NCBI RefSeq assembly: GCF_964204645.1
Contig: NC_134025.1
Location: 21,303,101 to 21,367,100 of the forward strand
Direction: 5' to 3'
Source of the DNA: Tubulanus polymorphus
Taxonomy: Eukaryota; Animalia; Nemertea
DNA: 64,000 nt
The first letter of the stretch is position 1. The number at the start of each line of letters is the position of its first letter. Below, one piece after another: positions 45,340 through 58,000 of this stretch. The notes beneath the pieces were generated by a model, which searched no databases, was not told where the DNA came from, and saw only the letters and a list, made by a program, of their open reading frames with translations. The position numbers and the translations under genes were made by a program.

Positions 45340-48300
45340 GTAAGTTACAATACAATATACAATACTTACAGCGGTACTGCCGCTGGTAAATTGAAGTAAA
45401 ATTTATTTTCTACCAGATGTCCAGTGGTGGGTCGAATTTTCGGGGCTCCAAACATGAATTGGTCTTGGCGCAACATTTAAATAGCTTGACAGCTTGTTGG
45501 TATTCATAATGACATCGAAATCTGGGGTATGGGGGTTAGGAACTAATGAAATAAACCTACTAATCAACTAATGTTGTGGTCCTTTGATGAAACTTTTGAG
45601 CCGCAACCCCTCAGCTAGTCTACCCCTCAGCCAAATGAGGGGTGTTTGAACTGTAGCGACTGCAGCGGCCAAAGTCGCAGCAATAATTTACTAGATGATG
45701 TTATTTTTTCTTCCAATACCGCGATTTTAATGAAATTGAAGTAAATACCCCGCAGTAAAATATTGGCGATTGACTGCAGCGATAAAAAATTGCTTCCAAC
45801 GCGCTTGCAAACTGGCAACTCTTCGCTTCGAAGACTTATTATTTTTATTTCAGTTTCCCGTCTCATTTTGTCTGGGCTTCTATCATATTAATCAACCATC
45901 TGGGAATGCTTGATTCACTTCTCAAATGAAGTATCACTCGTACAATTATAGTTACCAGTATTTCATTCAGTGCTTCGGAGGTTGGGGGCGACTGATCAAC
46001 AATTAACATCTATTCAATCTTGGGAATATCAATTTCAGTGTAAATTTCAGGTTTAGATATTTAGATATATAATTGGGTCTGACGTGGCATGTTATTAAGC
46101 GTGTTAATTAATGAAAAACAAATTGGGAATAGTAATTGATTCAATGATGAATTGAAAAAGATATTCTCGCGCTAGAAAAGTTCAAAAACCAGTGACAGCG
46201 TCAAACAAAAGGCTTTCAGATTTCACTCAATGTACAATAAGGACACACATCCCTGGTTTAGGCATGGACTCTTAGAATTGAAACGATTTAGAGTCCATGA
46301 TAGGCAACTATGATCAACAATATGAAAACATTGCCCGCAGTCCAAATCAATGATATTATTCGATCCTTGGAACGCTCCTGAGGCCTTAGAGGGGGTCTAT
46401 TAATAGTGTATTGCGCAGGCATTAATTCCTATTTGGCGCTGAATGTGAATTTTTCAGCGTGCACTGCATTTTTTTGTGTGCTAGGTGAAGGAATATGTCA
46501 GCTGTTTTCGATAAAAGATCGACCTAAATGATTGTGGAAACTGGATTTTGAACCGTGACCTGCCACAACAACGTAATTTCACATGGCAACATTTACTATC
46601 TAAAGTACCATTGTCACGATAGCCTATTCAATGGTTATATCGTAATAACGTATATTGAGATGTGGGTACCAGTTCGGGCACGTGTGGGGGATTCATTTTA
46701 TCTGTTACAATGAAGCGCGCGGGTACCAGTATTTAGAAGTCCAGTTTTAATCATGGAAATCCATTATTGTGATGACTTACACGCTCCGAGCATGTTTTTA
46801 CGTGAATAGACTTTTACCTTCCTAGCAGTAAACAAGGAAGGTATCTGCATTATTAATAGTTCTTCATGACAATTGAGTTTCAAGCTAGGCTTTCAATTAG
46901 GCTAATGCCTGGTGCGGACCCACGCTGTATTTTGGAATACAGTCAACGTTTTCAGAGTACTCATCAAAAACAATTTTTGAAGTAATTTTGGTGCAAAACT
47001 TGCTCAGAATGGCTTGTAATCCGTAATGACTTCACCTCCAGTGCTCACCTTCGAATGGCATGGGCACAAGTTTTGCCCTTTTCATCCCTCAAAGGTGCCA
47101 TTTTATTACTGGAATACTGTGAGTAGCTGGCTCTGGATCTGCCCCTTGACATTTTTTTACTCCAGGCCCCTGTTTCAACTGTTTAATTTCTAATCATTTA
47201 AAGGAATGCAAGTTTATGTTAAGTTTGGTGCGTACTTCGGTATGTTAACCCAAACAAAGGGAATATTTTGGTTTAATTGCTTTATGGTTACTTCATAGTT
47301 TCAATCAGTGAGGACAAAACAATCCAAACTTTTTAAACCATAAGACTGATCCTTTTCCTGACACTGGACTCTGGACATTTTTATTTTGGTGAATATGAAT
47401 TCTCTTATTTTGTCCAGTGGTGGATCCTGGCTGGAAGAAACTGGGGGGTTGTTCAAAAGGGCACTTTTTAGTCATGGCGGGTGTTCCTGTTTGCTAGGGG
47501 TAAAACTTAGGTATTAAAAAGCAAGGTATATTTTATATACGCATTTAGTGCATATTAGATCAGTACAGGGGATAAGAAGCCTATATCAAGTGGATTTTCA
47601 AAAGAGCACTCGCACAGAAAAGGGGGAGTTTGAACCCCCTGAACCCCCTTCTGGGTCAACCACTGCTCTCATACATAATGATGCCTCATAATGGTCTATA
47701 TTAGAGCATCCCTGCGAACAATGAGCTGCTGGTGTTGAATTTATCCTCTTTTCATTTATGTTTTCAACAAGGCAATGGATGAACAGTACAGCTCCGATTG
47801 TCAAGATTGGTTGGAGAGTTTGTTCGAAGACCCAGTGCTCAATGATAAGATGATGTCAGACGCCCTGCATCCCCCGCAAATCAAGTCCGAACATAGTTAT
47901 TCTCTTAGCAATGATGCGAATGGTCAAGAAAGCAAAACAGAATCCGGAAACAATGGTAAGAATTGAATAACGTATTTTCATCCTAATTGCATTTGGACAA
48001 GCGCTCATGTGGTATTAACAACTGCAGGGGCCAGTTTTATAGACTGGTATTATTCATTCATTCCCCTAAGCAACCAGAGCCATAATAGAGAATCTCTGTT
48101 GACTATGTTTCAAAATGTTGTGCACCTTGGCATCTTTCAGAGCTGCCAAATGTCCCTGAAAATAGATTTAAGGTATTTGGATCAGAATCCTTGAAGAACC
48201 TTCTGTCTCTAACAAAGTTTATTTCTTGTGTCCCTGACTCAAGCCCTGTTTAAAACTCATACCCTGTTACTCGATCAAGACTTTGGTCCGAAAATGGTCA

Positions 48301-51300
48301 TAATCCTAAAACCTGGTCTTAAATTATTTCGATTGGCTATAGAATTAAGCTGGCCCGAGACTGGTCTTAAAGTAAGTTATGTATCATGACTGTGTTATTT
48401 GCCTCTGGTCTTAAACTTATCTTTTCTCTCCTCAGAGATGGACATAGAATACTTGACCGAGACGCCTCAGACGAAGGCGTGCGACTTGTCGAAGAAGACG
48501 TTGGATCAGAAGTCGACGTCGTCGTCCTCGTCGCAGGTGGTTATGATCAAGCAGGAACCGCGTACGGAGATCATCACGACGTCGGCGACGACGGCTACGA
48601 CGATACTGAAACAACCGACGATCGTCCTGACGACGACGACGCAGCCGATATCGACGCAACACCGCATCGGCGTTCAACAACCGGTGACGAAACACGAACG
48701 AATGATCGTGCCGAAATACAGCATCAAGTTGGAGCCGCACGATCTTATCGACTCGATGAGTGATACATCTAGTAAGACACGTTAGATATCTGGATATCGA
48801 GGGGTTCTTCTGGGAGCCTCGAAATTCCCTCGGTTAGGGATTCGAACCTGATGGCATTGCTACACTCAGCCACGGCACAAAACCCTGCCACAGTAGACAG
48901 GGTGCGCAGGTTTACTGCAGGAAAACTTGCGGCACCAATCAGATTGCTCATTGTATAATCGCTGAGAGGCTATAAATGGGAAACCCGGGGCTGAAATAAA
49001 ACGGGATATCTGATTGGCTAAAAATGATTTCATCTAGCTGCGCGCTCGGTTTATCTAGTATGGCAGGGTTTTGTACCATGGCAATCTCGATGCCATCAGG
49101 TTCGAATCCCTGCCTGGGGAGGATGTTCGAAACATTTTGTAAAGAAAAAAAGAAGATTTTTTTTCAACATAGGTGCAATCTATTGTAATTCTGTAAGGGG
49201 GTGAAAAGTGTACTGCAAGTCCACCTTTGTTGTTAACTTGCCCAAGATGTATTTGGTAAGACCCTTCAATCTTGCCCCTCTAGTTCTTTGGCTAGAAAAA
49301 GAAAAAGAAGAAAATTCTGCTAGCCTTGATATACGCCTGCGAGCCTTAATCAAATAAAGTCGGAACAAACTGACGAATTCAGTTGCCCTGTTTGTGCTGA
49401 ATATGGGTGTGGTAGTATTGAATATGCCTCGAAGGGCTTCGATCAATCAGAACCACAATTTCAAAGTTGCTTCGAGCTTTATGCTGCAAGGTTATATGAT
49501 AGTTACTACTGATGTGGGATCAATATAAACTGTCGGCCAAACTGACACATGTGTTTATTGTATTGGATATATAAGCACGTTGAACAACGAACAATAGCGC
49601 ATCAACTGTATTTGATATCTCCGAATCGATGTTTTCTCACAGTAGTTAAAGGTGGGATGGGTCCAGGGATAAGTTGAGACTAAATCGAAAAAAAAAACGG
49701 TTCTTTCTTCCGATAAGCCCCGGGTATGGTATATACGACTAGCGTTTATAAGTTTACGAATCCATAAACAGCTGAACTCGCTTAATTCAGATGATTAGGG
49801 ACTGCCCGGATTAAATGAAATCCGAATTATGAATTCATAGTTTTGATTAAAACATGGTTCTAGGTTAAATGGACCAAATATCCAATCCGAAATTAAATGA
49901 AAATCAGGATTAATTGGGTTCTATTCTCTCTGTGTATAAGTAATTCCTGCTGCCTCTAGTGCCGCTGAAAAGTATTCTGAATTCCTTCACTCATCTCATT
50001 ACATGTACCTAAATAAATGTTTTTCTATTTGTCATTTTGAAGACGACCATGTCAGTTTGCCGCCCACGCCGCCCAGCAGTAATAACAGCAGCGACAGCGA
50101 AGGTGGTCAGAGTCCGCTGAGATCGGCGCCGTCGAGCCCGATACGGCACACGTTAATACCAAACAGGCTTCCTCAGACGACCGTTACCTGTAGAACCTAC
50201 ACATCTCAACCTCTCTTCTCGAGTCCCGTTCGAGTGAGTTCGTTTTCTAGCCTTGTCGGGACTTCCATTTATACGGGAGCATTAGGCACAAATTTTAATG
50301 ATGATAAACAGGTCATATCTCATGACGTGTTTCATAATTGCTGCGGGTTTCAAGGTGATTTGGTAATTTGTGTTCGTTCACTTAGAATTTTTAAATTGCC
50401 AGATTGTCAAGCATTTCACCGAGTGGGCATGGTCTCCCTGGAGCTTCATTTCCTACTATGTTTTCAATCATAGCTGCTGGGTTTAACGTGTGGAGTACCT
50501 GAATCTCTTTTGGGTCTATCTAAGGATGTATACCTCTGAGTCCAATAACTCCGCTGTTTTCCCATTTTTGGAACTAAGCCTATTAATCTAAAACCCAAGC
50601 GGAAAAGCTAGATCGTGAATCGGTGTTCCTTAATTCGACTAACATTATTAAACAGTATCCTAACAATGTCATCCCACATGAAATGAAAATTGTCATCAAT
50701 TTCAACTGACTAGGTCGACGCTTAATGATGGGTTAAATTATTCTGTCCGAACTAGACAAATTTGATAATTTTTCCGACGCGGCTTATTAGCTTGTTAATA
50801 GGTGTGGGGGCTAATAAAACGGTTTCGGTCTGAACATCGGCATAAAGCCAACAACGCCAGAGTGTTTTGAAAAATGTTCAGTCTTTTAAGCACATAATCA
50901 TTATCAGAGCTATTTACACTAGGTGTTACCGGTTTCTGTCTGGACAAATATTTAGCTTTCACCGTATTTGTCGATGTATGAAACGAATGAACCTGACGTT
51001 TACTGATTTTTAGGTCAATTTAAGGGTGGACCTCGAAGTTCGTAAGAGTTGTAGAATTTCAAGCTTTGGCAATGACTGAATGAATTTGGCAAATTCTACC
51101 TGTTGAAATGTATGAAAGATATAGTCGGGTCATAAAATATTTGCACTTTTTTGTGGGGAACTGATTCAAATTATGTCAATTGACACACAATTGACGCTTC
51201 CATACATTATGTTGGACTCCATTCTAGTAGTAAAATTCCTGTACAAGTTTTAGAAACCCACAATAAAATACCCCCCTATGAAATCATTTCATTATAAAAT

Positions 51301-54111
51301 ATGGAGTGACAGTAAAGTGACAGTCAATTCAATTGCTATGAATCACTCATTTTTCTTAAAGAAAAAGTAATTTTTAATTTTGTGGGTTTTTTTTATAAGG
51401 AACATTTGAATACTGTGAGAGTAAGTACATGTTTCTTGTCCTTCCTTGTCCAAAGGTATTCCAGCGCTTTCCTCAATTTTATAGGCTCTAATGCCTATTA
51501 TGAGAAAATGTCTTTTCTCGTGCTTAACGACGTTTTCGGGTCGTAATGTGCTTTTCCTGTCCATTTGAGCGCTTTTGCGCTACGACAATTTCAATTTTCC
51601 GATACGGGGAAAATTTGATGAGAAAACGTCTTGTCGGCATGTTCTCTACATGTGTTTAGCACTAAATCCAGGGTGTGTTCCTTTTTTCTCTTGTTGAAGC
51701 CATGGACCTTGCCATGCACTGTGCCTATGACTATAGCATATAATTTTTAGGAAATTCACGCATCATAATGAACCTGAACCGCGAGCAGAGTTCAGTTTAT
51801 TTCTGATATTTGGACTTCGCATTAAAACTAAATCATCCTGTCACTATTTTATGAACTACTACACTGAGTAATTATCTTATCAAAAAAAAAACCTTGTAAA
51901 TGATAAATCATAGTGTGATGATTACATAAATGCACTTTGGTACTGTTTATATGGTCATTGAGTGTGTTATGATGGACTCTGGAAACGTTCAACTTACGAT
52001 TGTGTCAATTAATTCTAGGTCACTCACAACGGCGTGTTGGTACTAACCGAAGAAGAAAAGCGCACGCTTATCACCGAAGGCTACCCGATACCCCAGAAAC
52101 TGCCTCTTACAAAACAAGAAGAGAAAAATCTAAAGAAAATACGAAGAAAAATAAAGAATAAAGTGAGTTTTATAAATTATTGGCGCTATTGTTCCAATCA
52201 TTCAATTCTGGAATGCCGAACCTCGTAAGTGCCTTGACCTACAGTACTGTAACTTCTTGACTCTGTCAAGACGCTTCTCATCACCTATCATCTTCTGGAG
52301 AACACAGGCTGATAAATGGCTTCAGCATATTTTACTTTACTTAAGCTCAAATTTACATTCCCCACCACACTCTAGCGCAATTATTTAGAGTTTGCGCAAG
52401 AAAGACATGTAATTGTACCCTCTTTGCTCCCAACTACCGGCACAATTTGGTACCTCGCTAGCTATGCGTGCGGTTTAGTACCAGGACCTTCTTCGCGACA
52501 TGATTGATACCCAGTTACATACATACATGAGCCACTTGGTCAATTTTCATAATATCCTTGAGCTATAATGTTAGTGGTTACAGGTAAATAAATCAATGTA
52601 TATCACTTGCAGATATCTGCTCAAGAAAGTAGACGAAAGAAGAAAGAATACTTAGAAACTCTAGAGAAAAAGTAAGGCGCTGATATATATCGGCTTCGAG
52701 TGATTAGAAAATATTCCGAATTTGATCTCAATCGAAAAGTGAATGCTCATATAAACTGTAATCTATCAAATTTTAGGGTAGAAGCATTTACGCATGAAAA
52801 TGGGGAACTAAAACGAAAGGTGGATTCACTTGAAGGAAACAACAGGTAAATAGGAATTTTCGATCGTCGATTCGATGATTTAACCCTTTCAGAGGTGACT
52901 AATTAATATCCTATAGTGCTGGAGAAAATGTGAAAATTTCGGATAATTCCACCCTAGTGTGTTGAATAACGGGAATAGCACTATGATGCGTCTACACCGC
53001 GGCGAAGTGTATCGTTAGTTACTATTATTTCACTATGTTTGACGGGTGCTGTCATCTTTGTATAGAGATAAAAACTAAAAACTAATTACATCAATACACC
53101 GCAGTGCGGTGTACTAGCAAAATCCATTACCGATTTATACACCGCACTGCCGTGTAGATGCACTGAAAGGGTTAATAGCATTTAGTTGGAATATCGAGTT
53201 GTCAGCTTGAGTTGTCTGTTATTTGGTTGGAAATTCTGACTGATTGCTCGATGAACTTGCTTAGTGGCTCAGGCAATTCTGTTAATTCAATATGGTACCA
53301 ACGCTGTTGGAATTACCGGTTTTTATATTGCAGGTGCTCTTGTGACCTGTGTTGCCTTATTGTTGTTAGTGGGGCAGACCAAAACTGATGAAAATACTGT
53401 TCACTTGTCTCTGATTATGAAACGGGGAATCATCCCTCTTATCTGTTTGATTTATAGATTGATTGATTTTGATTCGATTTAAAATTGTGTGTCCCTTACA
53501 AACCCATCAATCACACCTGTTGGCGACAAAACAGGGGGTTTAATTTTGAAATCAGAAATCGAAGTACAGATATAGTCAGATGATTGGCATTTGTAGATCT
53601 TATGTCTATTTTGTAAAAAAAAAGATATCAATTTATATGTTTTTCCTCTATGCGTAGATCTTTACTGTCACAACTGCAGAAGTTACAATCCTTGGTAGGG
53701 AAAGTAAGTCGACCATCTGCTGTTACGTCAACACAAACCGGAACCTGTCTCATGGTAAGCATACATCGAAGTCGTTCACTTCGTTCTTCGTTTTCGACTC
53801 TAGTTTCCCTTGCACTAGTTTTCGTTCTCGACCTAGCTCCACTGAGTCCTGCGTTTTTGACTCTAATGAACGAAAACTGATTTCGAATCGTATAGCCTTT
53901 CTTAGTGAGCAATCCGTGGAGCCGGGTCGGGATTCGATTCGTATCCATGAAAGATTCATTCATCGTAAGTTTTCGGATGAATTCTTTGTCCTCTACATAA
54001 AAAACTATATCAGCTAAGTCTACATTCAGGTTTTTGATTTTGAGTTGATTGCGGGCTCTCTATGCAGGGACTGAAGTTCGATAGATTTGAGATTGACTGA
54101 TTGGTTGATTA

Positions 54112-54157
<46 letters not shown>

Positions 54158-54707
54158 CTTAAGTTCATTTGTTAACCCCTAGGGCCAGTTGCACAGTTGT
54201 GACTTTAGTCCAAAAGTGTTCTTAATTCTTAAGACTGGTCTTAAGTTGTTAGATTGGCTATAGAACTAAGTTGGTCTTAGACTGGTCTCAAGTCTAAAGC
54301 CTGACTATGCAACCGGCCCCAGGGGCTGGTTTCATTGTCTTAGATGGTCTTACACTGGTTGCACATCTAAGCCATGACTGTGCAACTGGCCGCAGATGAC
54401 TGGGGTTAGGTTAGTCCGAATCCAATGATATTATTTTGAGCTTATCGATATAGGTAACTCTCGCCAAATCCACTGATCAGCAAGTACTCATTTGAAACTT
54501 GAATTTCTGACTCCGTAATTTAGACATTGCTGATAATACCGATATATGGTAATCCTTTATAAAGTATTGAAATTTTATTCAATACACCATTCAAGTGTCT
54601 CGCTTCATCCAAAAATCATTCTATCTATATGATTATTATTCAGCGCCGATTGTTTAAACAGCTGGTGCTCCAAATACCCCATTCGCTAATAACGTATCTG
54701 AAATATA

Positions 54708-54785
<78 letters not shown>

Positions 54786-54935
54786 CATCTTTTAATTCAT
54801 GTTAATTCCGATGTGTTTGTGTGAATGAAATCGCATTTCCGCATGATTTCGATATGATGAAGCAAGTCACAGCGGTAACACATGTCCGGCTATTAACGCA
54901 GATGGCGGGAAATACAGCGTGTAGCGTGAAAACAG

Positions 54936-55025
<90 letters not shown>

Positions 55026-58000
55026 CGTATATTGATCTGTTTGTTTGTGCTCGGCAGCAAAAATATATTCAAACACGATGTTACGAATCTTGTAATGTAG
55101 CAATTATGTTCAGGTTCGATGAACTGAATTTTCCCATATTTGTCTTGCTGAATGATTCTAATATTTGCAACTATTATGACTTAAGTTATTAAACTTGTCC
55201 ACGTACTTATTTCGGGTCTGGTTTCTGATTTTGATATTGTCAAGACTTAACTTCCAAAAAACAATCAAACATAATAGTAAAGTGTTTGAAACGAAGCTTT
55301 GCTCTCTGTTATCGCGTTTCGCTGTTTTTCTGAATTGCCACATGCGATCTGGTAATTAAGTACGCGCGCGTGTACGTACAAGTGTTCCGACATTGGTGGC
55401 GGTGGAAACTAATGACGTAAATCAAAATATCGATTTGTGAATTGAAAGATGAAAGTATAGTATGTCTATATACTGGTAATACTGTGCGAACACCTGTTTT
55501 ATCCTTTCCAGAGAGGAGCTGGCTTCCTCCTTCAAATCCCTCTGATTCTGACTACGTTTTGGACTTATCAGCAGTTATTAACTGATTTTTCTTTTTGATA
55601 TTTAAGAAGTTTTATTTTATGTTCATAAATTTGACAAGAATACATAGTCCAAAACTGATATGATTTTTGGCAAATTGATAGCGTTCGTCTTCGGGGAATT
55701 TATGGAGTAAGCCGTTCTTTTCTGGAAAAGTCTGTATGGTTAGATTCTTAAAATGATTAGTACAGTACAGCACAGTATTTCATCTGGCAATTCGTTACAT
55801 ATATTATTTCCTTAGCAGGTGGATGGCTAATGCAAAGGAAATATGTTCTACTCAAAAGTCAAAAGCCATTCGACTGCTTGGTGCATCGAATCACAGTTAC
55901 GATTTGTGCCTAGTTCCATAGTTGATTTGGGGAACTCGGTCCATGGGGCATAATTTTCAAAAACCTTCATTTGCAGTTTTGTTAACTAGTATTACCTTAA
56001 GCGTGGTGGTTAACTGAATTGACTACCTTAACCGGTAATAGTTCAGTTAAGCGCTGATGGGTTGAGATTAATACTGGTCTGTAAAACAACGCGTTGGAAA
56101 GTAGCCCCATGTCCAGTTATGACGAGTAATCCTTAAACATAGTATTTCAAGTTGATAGATCAGTTTAGACGGATGGTCTCGAATCTTAGCTGACGCTGAC
56201 ACATGGCTTTGGCGTAGACGTATCTTCTGAGCATCATTGTATTCATGATTTTCCATTTCGTAGATAAGCCGCATTCACGCCACGTTATTGAGAATTGTCC
56301 AGATGTAGTCTGTTGCTATTTAGAACGGACCAAATGTCCACCCTGGGAGAAAATCTACACTAAACTACTCCGTTTTAGAACCGACCAATTTAGACTCGCC
56401 AAAAAGACCCATCCAGGTCCATCACGAAGTGCGTGAATAGGAACCTGTCAATCAGTGGTACTTACTAGGCATAAGAGCGGATATATAAAAACCTGTGCGA
56501 CTGAATATCTCTGGTTTGGTCCTTTTGAATTTAGTCCATTCCGGGTGCAGGACAAATTAGAATGGACTCGCAGCAGCGACGGCGTGAACGCGGCTCTGAT
56601 CATCATCTGTATCCGGTGGACGTTACTGACCCGTGTACTTCCATTGTTACAGGTGCTTGTGTTATGTTTTGCCATGTTTATGGGAAGTTGGTCTCCGTCT
56701 ACGATCCTAAATATTGGTTATACAAACACGACGCCCGAATTAATGACAATACCGAAACAACGGCCATCCTTGGATCGGATAATCGGGCCGGATCTGAGAG
56801 ATCCGCGCACCGACGCTTACTCGACCCCGAACAGTAAGTATTTCGATATCGTTTATTGATACGGTTTCATTTTATTCACAAATGGAACCATTATCTACGT
56901 CCAAGGAAACTGACGTTAACGAGATGGCTATATTGGATTTAGTTTAATCTGCCTCGGTCTGGGTTATTTAGGTCGAACAACATATTCACAGCAATTCAGG
57001 GGCCACTTGCTCAAAAATTTATTAGAATTAACCAGTAGATAGTTGACATAGTGACAATTAAAAGTTCATTGTTACTATGGTATTTATCTGGGGCCAGTTG
57101 CTCAAAAGTTGGTTAGAGTTAACCAGTGGATAGTTGGCATAGTGACAATTAAAAGTTCACTGTTACTATGGTATTTATCCGCCGGTCATCTTTAACCAAC
57201 TTTTGAGCAACTGACCCCTGCCTGTTATCTTCAACCAACTTTTGAGCAACTGGCCCCTGGACTATGATTATATGATATTTATCAGCAATTCTGGACTGTA
57301 TATGATTTGATTCCATTTTAATGCGAATCGAATGTGGGCGTACTAAAAAGGAATGTTGAAATACCTGATTTCTATAGTGCGTTGTACCACCAACATTCCT
57401 CTATAGTAACTTTTAAAATTTAGCGATTATAGCTGGATAAAGATATTAAAACGGTGGTTGGTGCGTTTCCTTGATTTTGTTTGTGTATATTTGTGTGGTG
57501 GGTGATCAGGCGTCATATACAGAAACACTGCATGTATTATCATCTATCAGTTGCACACGGGTTGGTTATTTTAATAAACACTGACACGAAAAACTAGAAC
57601 AATCAAAGGATTAAACCATGCTTTACGAGATAGATAGGGCTATACGGCGAGCGATATGTATTACGAAGATATGGAACCACGTGTGTTCGGATAGCAATGC
57701 GACGAACATCTGTGTCGTTCTCTCTCTCTCTCTCTCTCTCTCGGTAATTCGTACCCACGCAGCTGTCTAAGCGCCGTGTATACATATCTCGCTGCATTTG
57801 CATATCGGATATTTTTACGACGAATTTCACTCCGTCGTCTGAAATATGGTCAACGCCGCGGACACATGTGCTTATACGTACATGTGTGCGGGCTACGAGA
57901 ATTAATCATATGTCGTTTGTACTCTCGCGGTTTCATCGCGATCGCGTGTTCCTAATGTTAGTTCAACATTTACGGGTATTGCTTCGGGAGAAAATTATCG

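Noticed and set aside
48386-48785. Three overlapping long ORFs on both strands at CREB3L exon 3
   Set aside because: Explained by ACG/TCG-rich low-complexity codon usage that suppresses stops in other frames.
49098-49111. tRNA gene suggested by GGTTCGAATCCC
   Set aside because: No acceptor, D or anticodon stems; it is one arm of a foldback repeat.
52575-52583. 9-nt microexon candidate in the bZIP basic region
   Set aside because: The downstream intron would be only 29 nt.
54821-55192. ORFs with IYIYIY runs
   Set aside because: Translation of the (AT)n microsatellite.
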